Shown here: in pieces, positions 19,849-31,076 of the stretch
How the letters are laid out: each line of letters starts with the position of its first letter
Position numbering within the stretch: position 1 is the first letter of the stretch
Source: a virus
Virus record (IMG/VR): IMGVR_UViG_3300025769_015982
Location: 22,013 to 86,012 of that record
Length of the DNA: 64,000 nt
Strand: one strand, 5' to 3'
The notes under the pieces: model-generated
What the model was told of the DNA's origin: nothing
Database searches by the model: none
The model's input: only the letters and a program-made list of their open reading frames with translations
Made by a program: the position numbers and the translations under genes

Positions 19849-20714
19849 TTTTTTGGAGAATATTTAACAATACTTTATACCCCGTAAAAGAAGTAGAAAA
19901 GTTAGGATTTGAAAAATCTGAAGGATTAAGAATCCCTGATGAATATTTAGAATCTCGTAATTTTACTGTTTTAAGGACTATAAAAGGTATAGGTGATTGG
20001 GGTATTATTTCTGCTATGCCTCGACTGTTAAAAACTAAATATCCTGATTGTAAAGTATTTATACCTTCTAATAAACTTTTTAAAAAATTATTTGATATAG
20101 ATACTAATATAATGTATGATATTTTTTCAAATAATCCCTACGTAGATGGATTTTCGGATGAAATACAAGGAGAAATATTTCATGATCATTACCGAATATA
20201 TGATAATGATAACCCTAATATTCCCTTATTAGAACAAATGTTAAAATTTTGGCAATTTGAGGAACATGAATATCAAGATTCACAACCTGAACTTTATTGG
20301 TCGGACGAAGAAAAACAGTTAGGAGATGCTATTATTGAAAAGTACACAAAGAATCAAGAATTTGGTGCATTACTTATATCGGAAAGATTTGGCACACAAT
20401 TTGGAAAATACGATGAAGTTAGTTATATTAATGATTATAAAAAAATAAATAATTTATTAGACAAATTTCAATTACCCTATTTTTATTGGACTTACAAACC
20501 TTTAGCATCATTTAATTTTAACACTGTAGATCCTATTTTAGATATGCACAATATGGATTTAAGACTACAATTATACATTAAATCTAAAGCCAAAGTAAAT
20601 ATTAGTAACCAATGTGGTACAAACCATTGTGTAGTTAGATATTCAGACGTTTATGAGGTTAAAAGACAATCTATACTAGGATTAAATTTTGTAAAAGGAG
20701 AAAATTACATATGA
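19845..20714 (+). CDS. GT9-like (heptosyltransferase-like) glycosyltransferase
   Basis: GIGDWGIISAMPRLLKTKYP, NNPYVD and QPELY patterns. Confidence 0.6.
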   Translation: MIFWRIFNNTLYPVKEVEKLGFEKSEGLRIPDEYLESRNFTVLRTIKGIGDWGIISAMPRLLKTKYPDCKVFIPSNKLFKKLFDIDTNIMYDIFSNNPYVDGFSDEIQGEIFHDHYRIYDNDNPNIPLLEQMLKFWQFEEHEYQDSQPELYWSDEEKQLGDAIIEKYTKNQEFGALLISERFGTQFGKYDEVSYINDYKKINNLLDKFQLPYFYWTYKPLASFNFNTVDPILDMHNMDLRLQLYIKSKAKVNISNQCGTNHCVVRYSDVYEVKRQSILGLNFVKGENYI

Positions 20715-21427
20715 ACAAAAAAGTAATATACACATCTATATTCGGTAATTATGATACGTTACCTGATATAACCTATTACCCCCCAGGTTTTGATTTTATA
20801 TGCTTTACGGATTCTGATATACAAGCATTAGGGTGGAAGGTAATTAAAGTTCTTCCTCTATATAATGATAATACAAGGAATGCTAAGAAATATAAGATAT
20901 TACCTCATAGATATTTAAAAGATTATGAAATAAGTATTTATATTGACGGTAATTTTTCTGTTACTAAGGATATTAATAAATTAATTGATTTATATTTAAT
21001 AGATGCAAATGCCGCTTTTCATAATCACTCTAAAACTGCATTAGATCCTCGAAATTGTATATATCAGGAAGCTAATATTATACTATCATTTGGTAAAAGA
21101 AATATGCAACTTTGGCCTGAAAGAGGTATGTTAAACTATAAAGATAACCCTGAAACTATAATAAAACAGGTCCAAAAATATCAAAGTGAAGGATATCCTC
21201 AAAATAATGGTTTAATAAAAGGTGGTATTATTTTACGTAGACATAATGAAAAGGAATGTATAACTGCAATGGAAAATTGGTGGTCCGAAATAAAATATCA
21301 TAGTAAACGAGATCAATTAAGTTTTAATTATGTTGCATGGAAAACTAATTTTAAATTTAATTATATGCCCCACGACATCCGCAATAGCGAATATTTTTCA
21401 TATAATAAACATAACCACCAAAAATGA
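20711..21427 (+). CDS. DUF616 (TOD1/MUCI70-like) glycosyltransferase
   Basis: [38 protein letters not shown] and RDQLSFNY motifs. Confidence 0.8.
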   Translation: MNKKVIYTSIFGNYDTLPDITYYPPGFDFICFTDSDIQALGWKVIKVLPLYNDNTRNAKKYKILPHRYLKDYEISIYIDGNFSVTKDINKLIDLYLIDANAAFHNHSKTALDPRNCIYQEANIILSFGKRNMQLWPERGMLNYKDNPETIIKQVQKYQSEGYPQNNGLIKGGIILRRHNEKECITAMENWWSEIKYHSKRDQLSFNYVAWKTNFKFNYMPHDIRNSEYFSYNKHNHQK

Positions 21428-22167
21428 TCGAATTAGATAAAATAGTAAAATGGGCTAAAAATAATAATTTAGTTTATAAATTAAATCCTAATTATTCTTC
21501 TTCTCACTTAATAAAATCACCTTGGAATATTAAAGAATCAACTTCTTATAATATTTCATTTATAACCCAAGGATGGGTAAGTAATAATGCTGGAGTTGTA
21601 TTTGCCTCAGAAACCCCTGAACATATTGACTCATTATTAGTTATAATCACAACCAGCCCAAAATACCATTTTATAAAGTGCATCAATGAATTTTTTAAAC
21701 CTAATAAATGTGTAGTAACTAAAGGTAAGAATGTTCAAATAGGTCAAAATTGTTCTATAGGGAACGATGGTTTTCAGTATGTGCATGGACCTAAAGGTGA
21801 TATAGTAAAATTCCCTCACTTTGGAAACATTATTATAGAAGATAATGTAGAAATTGCTAATAATGTATGCATTGATAGGGGTGCTTTAAGTAATACTATA
21901 ATCCGTAAAGGAGTAAAAATAGATAATTTAGTACACATTGCACACAATGTAGAAATAGGAGAAAACACTATGGTAGTAGCATTAGCCATGATTGCGGGAA
22001 GTGTTAAAATTGGAAAAAATTGTTGGATTTCTCCTTCTAGTAGCATTAGAGAACAGCTTACTATTGGGGATAATGTTTTAATAGGATTAGGGGCAGTTGT
22101 AATAAAAGATGTTGAATCAAATTCTGTTATGGTAGGTAATCCTGCCAAGCTATTAAGAAAACAATAA
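21424..22167 (+). CDS. Left-handed beta-helix acyltransferase (LpxD-like)
   Basis: [23 protein letters not shown], hexapeptide repeats and GNPAK. Confidence 0.85.
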   Translation: MIELDKIVKWAKNNNLVYKLNPNYSSSHLIKSPWNIKESTSYNISFITQGWVSNNAGVVFASETPEHIDSLLVIITTSPKYHFIKCINEFFKPNKCVVTKGKNVQIGQNCSIGNDGFQYVHGPKGDIVKFPHFGNIIIEDNVEIANNVCIDRGALSNTIIRKGVKIDNLVHIAHNVEIGENTMVVALAMIAGSVKIGKNCWISPSSSIREQLTIGDNVLIGLGAVVIKDVESNSVMVGNPAKLLRKQ

Positions 22168-22175
22168 TATAAAAG

Positions 22176-22979
22176 ATGGAAAATATAGTTTTTATACCTT
22201 ATATAAAAAGAAATAAATCATTAGGAAATTCTGGTGTAGCTAAACCCCGGTGGGATACTGGATATGATTATGGGATAGATTCATGGAAAAAATGGTCTAA
22301 CAAAAATAATTGTAAACTTATAATTATGGACGAATTAATGCTCCCCGAAGAGGAAATGTTAATTACGTGGCAAAGGTGGAATGTTTTAAACATATTAGAG
22401 CATAACAATGTTGATTATAATCAGGTTTTAGTAGTAGATGCTGACAGTATTGTACATCCAGATTGTCCCAATTTTTTTGAATTAACTGATAATAAGTTTA
22501 CTTCTCAAATTACTGACGGGTGTTATGAATGGGTTAACAGAGCTATCCGAGGTTACTCACAAACATTTTTTAATAAAAAAAATTGTCTTAAACCTTATGA
22601 ATTTTTCCAAACAGGTTTTGTTATTTGTAATAAAACCCATAAGGAATTTTTTGATAAAGTATTTAAATTTTATTGGGAAAATAAGAATAACATAATTAAA
22701 TCATATGATACTTTAAAAACAGGTAGTGATATAGCTCTTTTAAATTGCCTTAGAAAGGAGTATAATATTGAACTAAATATTTTGCCTAGAGAGTATAGCA
22801 TTATGGATGTAACTAGGAAAAATTTATTATATTATGATAATAGACAATGGTGGGAAGATAGTTTAGAAAATTTAATAAATTCTGGTTGGATATACCAGTT
22901 TACTTCTATACCCGAAAATTCTTTAAATAGAGACCGAAAATATTGGATGGAAAGAATACATAAAGAACTAAGTATATGA
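22176..22979 (+). CDS. GT-A fold glycosyltransferase
   Basis: VLVVDADSIVHPDCPNFF DxD motif and FQTGFVI. Confidence 0.7.
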   Translation: MENIVFIPYIKRNKSLGNSGVAKPRWDTGYDYGIDSWKKWSNKNNCKLIIMDELMLPEEEMLITWQRWNVLNILEHNNVDYNQVLVVDADSIVHPDCPNFFELTDNKFTSQITDGCYEWVNRAIRGYSQTFFNKKNCLKPYEFFQTGFVICNKTHKEFFDKVFKFYWENKNNIIKSYDTLKTGSDIALLNCLRKEYNIELNILPREYSIMDVTRKNLLYYDNRQWWEDSLENLINSGWIYQFTSIPENSLNRDRKYWMERIHKELSI

Positions 22980-23401
22980 AAAAGATTATAGGTTTTACTA
23001 GTGGATATTTTGATATCATGCACCCAGGACATGTTATGATGCTACAAGAATGTAAAAGATATTGTGACTACTTAATAGTAGCTGTAAATGAATATAAAAA
23101 TAAAACCCCCCAACCTGATGGGAGATTTAAAAACGAACCCATATGGAATCCTAATGAGAGATTATTGATGGTTTCATCTTGTAAATATGTGGATGAAGCT
23201 TTTTTGTATGATGGAGAACAGGAGTTATATAATTATTTAAAACATAATTTAGAAAGATTAGATGTTAGAATGGTAGGAGAAGACCATAAAGGTAAACCTT
23301 TTACTGGTAATGATCTAGATTTACCTATTATATTCAATAGTAGAAACCATAATTACAGTACTACTAACACTATTAAATTAATAATAGAAAAAAGAAAGTA
23401 A
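22976..23401 (+). CDS. Cytidylyltransferase (TagD/RfaE-like)
   Basis: GYFDIMHPGH (HxGH), ER...V..CKYVDE and YSTT motifs. Confidence 0.85.
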   Translation: MKKIIGFTSGYFDIMHPGHVMMLQECKRYCDYLIVAVNEYKNKTPQPDGRFKNEPIWNPNERLLMVSSCKYVDEAFLYDGEQELYNYLKHNLERLDVRMVGEDHKGKPFTGNDLDLPIIFNSRNHNYSTTNTIKLIIEKRK

Positions 23402-24147
23402 TGAAAATTGAATTTATATTTTCGGAATTTGGGCCAAGAACCCAAGCCAATCAACAATGGGTTAATTCCATCCCCAGGTTAGATCCTACATATAGTTCTG
23501 TAAAAACTTACTTCCCCGAAGCTAACTTAGTTCTATATACAGATAGACCAGAAATTAAAAACGATTATAAAGATATTGAAGTAAGATTAATTGACGTAGA
23601 TAAAAGTCCTTTTAATAAAAAAAATCACAGATGGGGATGGCATTGTTGTGACTATTACCAAGTACTAGGATTATTAAATTCAAAAGCAGATATAGCAATT
23701 TCTTGTGATTCTGATCTAATGTTTATCTCTGATCAAGTAAAAACGTTAATCCCTATAATTGAAAAATTTGGAATATGTGTACCTACAAATGAAAGACAAC
23801 TAGTTAAAGTTGATGGCATACATACTAGGGGAAATGATGGAGATTATTACCTTGATGAAGATCAAAGTATGGGTAATCTATTAACATATGACTTATGGTG
23901 GGCTGGATTTAATACTAAAGATAACCGAGCTAGAAAGTATTTAGAAGAATTTTGTAATCTTATGAAAACCAACCCTAAAAGAGCCCCATTACAAATGACT
24001 CGAGCTGCATGGAATACAGGTATTTATCCATATTCAACCCCCCAACAGTGGGGTGTGGGTTCGGGTTATATTGGTTGTGGTAATGAAATTATATTACATG
24101 TAGGTCATAAAAATGTACAAGATTTTTATTTAGAAAAAAGTATATGA
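23401..24147 (+). CDS. Putative GT-A glycosyltransferase
   Basis: LYTD, ISCDSD (DxD) and terminal ILHVGH; island context. Confidence 0.5.
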   Translation: MKIEFIFSEFGPRTQANQQWVNSIPRLDPTYSSVKTYFPEANLVLYTDRPEIKNDYKDIEVRLIDVDKSPFNKKNHRWGWHCCDYYQVLGLLNSKADIAISCDSDLMFISDQVKTLIPIIEKFGICVPTNERQLVKVDGIHTRGNDGDYYLDEDQSMGNLLTYDLWWAGFNTKDNRARKYLEEFCNLMKTNPKRAPLQMTRAAWNTGIYPYSTPQQWGVGSGYIGCGNEIILHVGHKNVQDFYLEKSI

Positions 24148-25496
24148 TTAAATTAATTATTTTTGACCTAGATGGTGTTTTAGTTGAAGCTAAACAAATC
24201 CATTATGATGCTTTAAATCAAGCTTTAGGGGAAAAATATGCTATAAGTTGGGATGAACATTTATCCACCTATGATGGTTTAAAAACTAACCAAAAATTGG
24301 ATATGCTTACACAACATAAAGGACTTCCTATAAGAGAACATTCTAGTATTTGGGCTAAAAAACAACAATTAACTTTAAAAGCCCTTAGTAATCTACAACC
24401 TAATTCTACTATTAAAAATACCCTTAGTAAATTAAGTAAAGAAGGGTATAAAATAGCGTGTTGTAGTAATTCTATTAGAAAAAGTGTATTAACTATGTTA
24501 TCTAAATTAGATTTAATTGAGTATATGGATTTAATTTTATCTAATGAAGATGTTAAAAATAGTAAACCCCATCCTGAAATATATTGGAAAGCTATTTCTA
24601 TGATGAAATGTTTACCAGAAGAAGTTTTAATTATAGAAGATTCTCCCTATGGCCTTTTAGCGGCTAATAGGAGCAAAAGCAATATTATGAGAGTTGGTTC
24701 CCCTTCAGATGTTACATACAATAACATTAGCAAATATTTAAAATCTAATAAAATGAACTTAACCCCTAAATGGAAAAATGACAAATTAAATGTTCTTATC
24801 CCTATGGCGGGTGCTGGGAGTAGATTTGAAGCCGCGGGTTATACTTTCCCTAAACCCTTAATTGAGGTTAAGAAAAAACCCATGATTCAGGTTGTAATAG
24901 AAAACCTTAATATAGATGCTAACTATATTTATGTTGTCCAAAAATCACATAGAGAAAAATATAATTTAGATACTCTTCTAGGATTACTAACCCCTGGATG
25001 TAAAATAGTAGAAGTAGATAGAATTACTGAAGGAGCAGCCTGCACAGCTTTATTAGCTAAGGAATATATTGATAATAATAATCCTTTATTTTTTGCTAAC
25101 TCAGATCAATTTGTAGAATGGGATTCAAATGAGTTTATGTATAAAATGCAAGAAACAAATGCTGATGGGGGTATTGTAACATTTAATGCTACCCACCCAA
25201 AATGGAGCTTTGCCAAAGTAAACGAACAGGGATTAGTTACTGAAGTAGCAGAAAAAAACCCCATCTCAGATATTGCTACTGTAGGATATTACTATTGGAA
25301 AAAAGGCTCTGATTTTGTAAAGTACGCAGAAGATATGATTAAGAAAGACATTAGAGTAAATAATGAATTCTATGTTTGCCCCGTATTTAATCAAGCTATA
25401 GATAATGGATCACATATTAGAACATTTAATGTTAGTGGAATGTGGGGTTTAGGTACTCCTGAAGATTTAAATTATTTTCTAGAAAATTATAAATGA
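24144..25496 (+). CDS. HAD phosphatase fused to sugar nucleotidyltransferase
   Basis: N-terminal FDLDGVL, KPHPEIY and IEDS; C-terminal IPMAGAGSRF..PKPLI and GLGTPEDL. Confidence 0.88.
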   Translation: MIKLIIFDLDGVLVEAKQIHYDALNQALGEKYAISWDEHLSTYDGLKTNQKLDMLTQHKGLPIREHSSIWAKKQQLTLKALSNLQPNSTIKNTLSKLSKEGYKIACCSNSIRKSVLTMLSKLDLIEYMDLILSNEDVKNSKPHPEIYWKAISMMKCLPEEVLIIEDSPYGLLAANRSKSNIMRVGSPSDVTYNNISKYLKSNKMNLTPKWKNDKLNVLIPMAGAGSRFEAAGYTFPKPLIEVKKKPMIQVVIENLNIDANYIYVVQKSHREKYNLDTLLGLLTPGCKIVEVDRITEGAACTALLAKEYIDNNNPLFFANSDQFVEWDSNEFMYKMQETNADGGIVTFNATHPKWSFAKVNEQGLVTEVAEKNPISDIATVGYYYWKKGSDFVKYAEDMIKKDIRVNNEFYVCPVFNQAIDNGSHIRTFNVSGMWGLGTPEDLNYFLENYK

Positions 25497-25942
25497 AACT
25501 AATTTCACATAGAGGTAATACGACAGGCCCCAATCCCCAACAAGAAAATCACCCTAATTATATTATAAACACTTTACATCAGGGGTATGATGTTGAAATA
25601 GATGTATGGTATAGTAAAAATAAGTTTATGCTAGGACATGATAACCCCCAATATAAATTTCCTTTTAACCTATTATTAAACTTTTATACAAAATTATGGA
25701 TACATTGTAAAAATATTGAAGCCTTAATTAAATTTAAAAATACAGATACTTTATCGAATCGATTAAATTATTTTTGGCACGAAAAAGATACAGTTACTTT
25801 AACGAGTAAAAATTACATATGGGCATATCCCGGAAACCAACCTATAACTAATAGTATAGCAGTTATGCCTGAAATAAATAATGATAACACATCTCAATGC
25901 ATAGGAATATGTAGTGATTATATAAAAAATTATAAAAAATGA
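25493..25942 (+). CDS. Glycerophosphodiester phosphodiesterase-like protein
   Basis: ISHRG, EN, DVEIDV, LGHD and GICSD motifs. Confidence 0.7.
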   Translation: MKLISHRGNTTGPNPQQENHPNYIINTLHQGYDVEIDVWYSKNKFMLGHDNPQYKFPFNLLLNFYTKLWIHCKNIEALIKFKNTDTLSNRLNYFWHEKDTVTLTSKNYIWAYPGNQPITNSIAVMPEINNDNTSQCIGICSDYIKNYKK

Positions 25943-26676
25943 AAATAGCATTATGCATCTCTGGACAACCCCGGAATACAAATAGAGGTATCCCTAATAT
26001 ATTAAAACATTTAAACTTTGATTTTGATGTATTTCAACATGCTTGGTGGGATAGTAATTCTTCTGAAGAACTTTTTACAAAATCTAATGCTGCTAAGTTA
26101 AACGATATTGTAAGCGAACCTGTACATAACGATTGGATTACTTCAATGTACCAAAATTTTAATATTAAAAAGTTATTTCTAGAAACTCAGGTCCCTTTTA
26201 AAGTATCTAATTTATTAGAAGAAAGAAAAGCTTATTTCGCTAACGCTTTTAATATATATAGTAGTTTATATAGTATCTATATGTGTAATAAGTTAAAAAA
26301 AGAATATGAAAAACAAAATAATTTTAAGTATGACCTGGTAATAAGAACCCGATTAGATTTTGGGTTTAGTGAAATCTTAGATGTACAAAAATACAATGAT
26401 GGTCTAATACACGTGCCCAATGATTTTGGTTCCCATCGTTATGGTTTTAATGACCAATTTGCTATTGGCCCTAGTTCTAAAATGGATATATATGCAGATG
26501 CTTTTAATAATGTAGAAACCATCCTAAATTCAGGATATAATGATCCAATGGGTCATGAACAAATAATTCAAAAACATTTAGAAAATAATAATATAGAATT
26601 TATTTCAGAGGATTTTAAAAACTTTTTATGGAGACATGAAGGTAGTAGATCCCGTATTCATTCTATAGAAGGATAA
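25939..26676 (+). CDS. Putative glycosyltransferase
   Basis: KIALCISGQPR, YDLVIRTRLD and NDQFAIG pattern, as seen in glycan loci. Confidence 0.55.
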   Translation: MKIALCISGQPRNTNRGIPNILKHLNFDFDVFQHAWWDSNSSEELFTKSNAAKLNDIVSEPVHNDWITSMYQNFNIKKLFLETQVPFKVSNLLEERKAYFANAFNIYSSLYSIYMCNKLKKEYEKQNNFKYDLVIRTRLDFGFSEILDVQKYNDGLIHVPNDFGSHRYGFNDQFAIGPSSKMDIYADAFNNVETILNSGYNDPMGHEQIIQKHLENNNIEFISEDFKNFLWRHEGSRSRIHSIEG

Positions 26677-26684
26677 TAAAAATA

Positions 26685-28307
26685 ATGAAAATAATAGGAT
26701 TACACGGAGGACATGACGCGGCCTATGCTATTTTAGAAAATGGTATACCCGTAAAACACAATGAATTAGAAAGATTTAATAGAGAAAAAGGATGTAGGGG
26801 AGATACACTTAAACTTTTTCTAGACAATGAACTTACAGAAAACATATCTTATATTACTACTAATAGCACAGGTAAGTGGAAACAGTATTTTAATTATACC
26901 CAACAAGGTTTTTTAGATAAATTTCCTTCTTCTAAATTATATATTGCTAATCACCATCAATCACATGCTGCTAACGCTTTTTTTACTAGCCCTTTTGAAG
27001 AAGCCTTAGTAGTAACTATAGATGGGGGAGGAGCAGATTATGAAAATGGAAAAGAAAACACATGGGGGGATTTAGATACTTATTTAGGTCCTGGGGGTAT
27101 TATAACAGCTACTACCTTTTGGAGTGGAAAAGGAAATAAAATAACTCCAATAAATATGATTAGTAAAGGAGAGCTTAATATAGGGTTATATTGGGATATA
27201 TGTACCTATAATATATTTGGCCTTAATAGAAATCCAGTTAAAAGAGGAGAAGAAGGGACAGTTATGGGGATGGCGGCCTTTGGAAATCCTGATAAATATT
27301 TAAAATATTTTAAAAATTTAGGAAATGCCCGACTTGCTAAGGATTGGGGTCCCTATGAAATAGATTTCCTAAAAGCAGAAGCATTAAAGAGTGAACAAAA
27401 TAAATTTGACATAGCAGCCTCATTACAAAAAGAAACAGAAACTGTTATAAAGAATTTACTAGATCCATATGTAAAAAAATATAACCCTAAAAATATATGT
27501 CTTTCAGGTGGAGTTAGTTTAAATTGTGTTATGACAGGAAAAATGTTAGAGTGGTATCCTGACATTGAAATATTTTGTGACCCGGTTCCCCATGATGCTG
27601 GTTTAACTCTAGGTTCTTGTAGATATGTCTGGCATCAATTACTTAATAATCCTAGAGTATATAATAACCCTAGAAACCATAGTCCCTATTTAGGGAAAAT
27701 CTATGATAAAAAAGATGTTTTATCTTCTATAAATAAAGTCTTAGATAAAATAGAGTACAAAGAAGTTAATGATGATTATGTAGTAAATTTACTCACAGAA
27801 AATGATAATGTTATTTCTTTATTTGGGGGAGGGTCTGAATCAGGTAGAAGAGCTTTAGGAAATAGGAGTATAGTTGCGGATCCTAGAAGCCCTAATATGA
27901 AAGATATTATTAATAAAAAAGTAAAACACAGACAATGGTTTAGACCGTTTGCCCCCTCAATTTTAGAAGAAGAAACTAAAAATTGGTTTACCCACGATGT
28001 CAAAAGCCCCTATATGAGTTTTGCTATACCATTTAAACAAGAAAAACTATCTCAAGTCCCCGCAGTAGTTCATAATGATGGCACCGCCAGACTACAAACA
28101 GTATCTGAACGTGATAATAAGTGGTATCATAGCTTTATTAAAAAATTCCAAACTAAAACAGGAATCCCTATTATATTAAATACTAGTTTTAACGATAGAG
28201 AACCTATTGTAGAAACCCCGGAACACGCTATTAATTGTTTTTTAAGAACAGACATAGACTACCTATATTTTAGGGATTGTAATATATTATTAAATAAAAA
28301 ACAATGA
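26685..28307 (+). CDS. Carbamoyltransferase (NodU/CmcH family) 1
   Basis: GHD, ERFNR.K, HHQSHA, IDGGG, GGVSLNC, GRRALGNRS, RPFAP and LNTSFN motifs. Confidence 0.92.
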   Translation: MKIIGLHGGHDAAYAILENGIPVKHNELERFNREKGCRGDTLKLFLDNELTENISYITTNSTGKWKQYFNYTQQGFLDKFPSSKLYIANHHQSHAANAFFTSPFEEALVVTIDGGGADYENGKENTWGDLDTYLGPGGIITATTFWSGKGNKITPINMISKGELNIGLYWDICTYNIFGLNRNPVKRGEEGTVMGMAAFGNPDKYLKYFKNLGNARLAKDWGPYEIDFLKAEALKSEQNKFDIAASLQKETETVIKNLLDPYVKKYNPKNICLSGGVSLNCVMTGKMLEWYPDIEIFCDPVPHDAGLTLGSCRYVWHQLLNNPRVYNNPRNHSPYLGKIYDKKDVLSSINKVLDKIEYKEVNDDYVVNLLTENDNVISLFGGGSESGRRALGNRSIVADPRSPNMKDIINKKVKHRQWFRPFAPSILEEETKNWFTHDVKSPYMSFAIPFKQEKLSQVPAVVHNDGTARLQTVSERDNKWYHSFIKKFQTKTGIPIILNTSFNDREPIVETPEHAINCFLRTDIDYLYFRDCNILLNKKQ

Positions 28308-29086
28308 GAAAATTAGCATTTATATCTGAACCTCGAAAACATAAAGCTTTAAAATTTGTATTAGAAAATTTTCTTACTATTTTGCCTAAAGATTGGAATA
28401 TTCAAATTAATCATGGGCTAAATAATTTAGAATACATAAAGGAAGTAATTAATAATAGTAAAATTATTTCTAGTGCTAATTTAGAAAATCGAATTATTTT
28501 ACATAATTTAAATATTAGTAATTTATCTCATAAAGAAGAAAGTGACTTATTAAGGACAGTTGAGTTTTATAATGATTTAAAAGGGGATATTTTATTAAAA
28601 TTTGAATGTGATACTATTTTATGTCCTAATTCTAAATATAAAATAGATGATTTTTTACAATTTAAATATATAGGGGGCTATTGGGGAAATAAACTTTATC
28701 CTTTAGATAAACCTTATCCCACTTTAAAACCTGGTGGGGCATACGCAGCCGCTTATGGAGGTCCCCAAACACTACCCCTAAATGGAGGATTATCTCTTAG
28801 GCATAAAGATACAATGATTAATATTATTCAAACATATTTAAAAGAGTATAAGGAGTCTGAAAAAACATACTCTGAAGATTATTTTTTTACCGAATATATG
28901 GGCAATAGACCCCTAAGTAAGGAAGTAATATCTTTTTCAATAGATAATGGATACATTGCTCCTTTAAATGGTGAATCTCCCTTTGGGTTACATAAACCCT
29001 GGGCAGATAAAGGTAACGCTTATGCTTCTATTAAATGGGCATGCCCGGAAGTAGTTACTTTAGAATCACTTCAACAAGTTATTTAA
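28304..29086 (+). CDS. DUF5672-like putative glycosyltransferase
   Basis: EPR.H, FECD, YIGG.W, NGGLSLR, EDYFF and FGLHKPW motifs. Confidence 0.7.
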   Translation: MRKLAFISEPRKHKALKFVLENFLTILPKDWNIQINHGLNNLEYIKEVINNSKIISSANLENRIILHNLNISNLSHKEESDLLRTVEFYNDLKGDILLKFECDTILCPNSKYKIDDFLQFKYIGGYWGNKLYPLDKPYPTLKPGGAYAAAYGGPQTLPLNGGLSLRHKDTMINIIQTYLKEYKESEKTYSEDYFFTEYMGNRPLSKEVISFSIDNGYIAPLNGESPFGLHKPWADKGNAYASIKWACPEVVTLESLQQVI

Positions 29087-29098
29087 AAAATTAAACAC

Positions 29099-30268
29099 AT
29101 GAAAAAACAGTTTTTAAATTTAGGAAAACAACCTATAGCAAATAGATTTATATATAAGGATCAAATAGAAAACGAATTTCTTTTTGACTTAAAAGTAGCT
29201 TTTGATGAGGAAACTAAACTTGTAACTCAAGTAGAATATGTAGATCCTCCTTTAATGTTTAATAAAAATTACACTTATAGGGGTTCTATGTCTAATACCA
29301 TGCAAAAACATTTTAAAAAACTAAGTAACTCCCTAAATACAAATCCTAATTTTAAAATATTAGAAATAGGGAGTAATGATGGTGTTTTTATAAAAAATTG
29401 GCCAACTAGTCAGGCAATTGCTGTTGAGCCATGCGGTAATTTTGCAAAAGAAACCCAAAATTTAGGCTATACCACGTACCCCGAATTTTGGACTACAAAG
29501 TTATCTGATAAAATTAAAGCTAACCATGGTCATCAAGATATAATATTTGCAGCTAATTGTATTTGCCATATTCCTGATTTAGATGAAACATTTAAGGCTG
29601 TAGAATCTCTCCTTAACAAAAATGGTGTTTTTATATTTGAAGACCCCTCTTTAGCAGAAGTAATAAATAATACATCTTATGATCAAATATATGATGAACA
29701 CCCACATGTATTTTCAGTAATTGCTTTAGATAATATTTTAAAAAGAAATGGATTGCAAGTAGTTAAAGTAGACAATCTTTCAGTCCATGGGGGGTCTAAT
29801 AGAATATACGCCCAAAAATTAGGAACTAAAGTTGATTCCTCAGTAGAGGAAAATAAGTCATATGAAAGAATTTTAGGACTTGATAAGTTTGAAACTTTTG
29901 AAAGATTTGCTGAAAAAGTAGAACAATCTAAAAAAGATTTAATCAGAATACTTACCCAATGTAAAAAAGAAAATAAAAAAGTAATAAGTTATGGCGCTAC
30001 TTCTAAATCAACTACTATATTCAATTACTGTGGTATAACCCCAGAATTAATTGATTATATCACAGATACTACGCCAGAAAAACAAGGCAAATTATCACCG
30101 GGCACTCATATTCCAATAATAACCCCCGAAGAGGGATTTAATGAAAGTGTAGATTATGCCTACTTAGGAGCATGGAACTTTATTAAAGAAATAAGCAAAA
30201 AAGAATCTAAATATTTGGATAGAGGGGGAAAATTCATTACACATGTACCCACGGTAAAAATAGTATGA
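29099..30268 (+). CDS. NDP-hexose C-methyltransferase
   Basis: LG.QPIAN, EIGSNDG, ANCICHIPD, YDEH, HGGSNR, YGATSK, PGTHIPI and AWNF motifs. Confidence 0.87.
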   Translation: MKKQFLNLGKQPIANRFIYKDQIENEFLFDLKVAFDEETKLVTQVEYVDPPLMFNKNYTYRGSMSNTMQKHFKKLSNSLNTNPNFKILEIGSNDGVFIKNWPTSQAIAVEPCGNFAKETQNLGYTTYPEFWTTKLSDKIKANHGHQDIIFAANCICHIPDLDETFKAVESLLNKNGVFIFEDPSLAEVINNTSYDQIYDEHPHVFSVIALDNILKRNGLQVVKVDNLSVHGGSNRIYAQKLGTKVDSSVEENKSYERILGLDKFETFERFAEKVEQSKKDLIRILTQCKKENKKVISYGATSKSTTIFNYCGITPELIDYITDTTPEKQGKLSPGTHIPIITPEEGFNESVDYAYLGAWNFIKEISKKESKYLDRGGKFITHVPTVKIV

Positions 30269-30675
30269 TGAACTATACTTTTACGAAAATTCCATATCAC
30301 GAAGATGATAGAGCCCAAAGATATTTAGATATATTTAAAAATTTAGGACCTGGCCAAATAAATATTTCTTATGTAAATTCATCTGAACATATAGTAGCTT
30401 GGCATAAACATAATATACAGACTGATTACTGGGTTTGTATAAAAGGTTCTTTTAAAGTAGGTTTAGCAACTAAAAAAAATGGAGCTTGTTTTGAATACCT
30501 TTCAGATAGAAATCCTCGAGTATTAAAAATACCCCCCGGAATATATCATGGTTATAAAGCAATTGAACCTGGTTCTATATTAATGTATTATTTAACTGAA
30601 AAATATAACCCCCAAGATGAGTTTAGAGCTAAAGTAGGGGAATTTAATGAAAAATGGCATACAGAAAACAAATAA
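30265..30675 (+). CDS. dTDP-4-dehydrorhamnose 3,5-epimerase-like cupin
   Basis: DDR, AWHKH..QTD and IPPGIYHGYKA motifs. Confidence 0.75.
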   Translation: MMNYTFTKIPYHEDDRAQRYLDIFKNLGPGQINISYVNSSEHIVAWHKHNIQTDYWVCIKGSFKVGLATKKNGACFEYLSDRNPRVLKIPPGIYHGYKAIEPGSILMYYLTEKYNPQDEFRAKVGEFNEKWHTENK

Positions 30676-31076
30676 CTATTAACGACGTTAAATTTTTTAA
30701 TACACGCACCATGGTTGAACCTGATGGGAATTTAGTTCCTATTGAATCTAACTATGATGTTCCCTTTCCTATTAAAAGAATATTTTATGTGTATGGTGTT
30801 AAAGACCAAAATGATAGAGGTAAGCATGCCCACCACAAAACACAACAAGTTTTAATATGTTTAAATGGAAAAACAGAAGTTTTAGTTAATGATGGTTTTA
30901 AAAGCCAAAAATACCTTTTAGAATCCCCACAACAGGCCCTTTATATCCCTGAATTAATATGGGATGAACAAGTATATCTTACAGAAGATACAGTATTATT
31001 AGTAATATCAAGTACTAAGTATGACCCTTTAGATTATATACATGACTTTAATGAATTTAAAAAACTAAAAAAATGA
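30654..31076 (+). CDS. Sugar 3,4-ketoisomerase (FdtA/QdtA/WxcM-like)
   Basis: PFPIKRIFYVY, RGKHAHH and YDPLDYI motifs. Confidence 0.85.
   Translation: MAYRKQITINDVKFFNTRTMVEPDGNLVPIESNYDVPFPIKRIFYVYGVKDQNDRGKHAHHKTQQVLICLNGKTEVLVNDGFKSQKYLLESPQQALYIPELIWDEQVYLTEDTVLLVISSTKYDPLDYIHDFNEFKKLKK

Noticed and set aside
21424-22167. True LpxD for lipid A synthesis
   Set aside because: It is shorter than LpxD, lacks the C-terminal helical domain and has no other lpx genes nearby; it is more likely a sugar N-acyltransferase.
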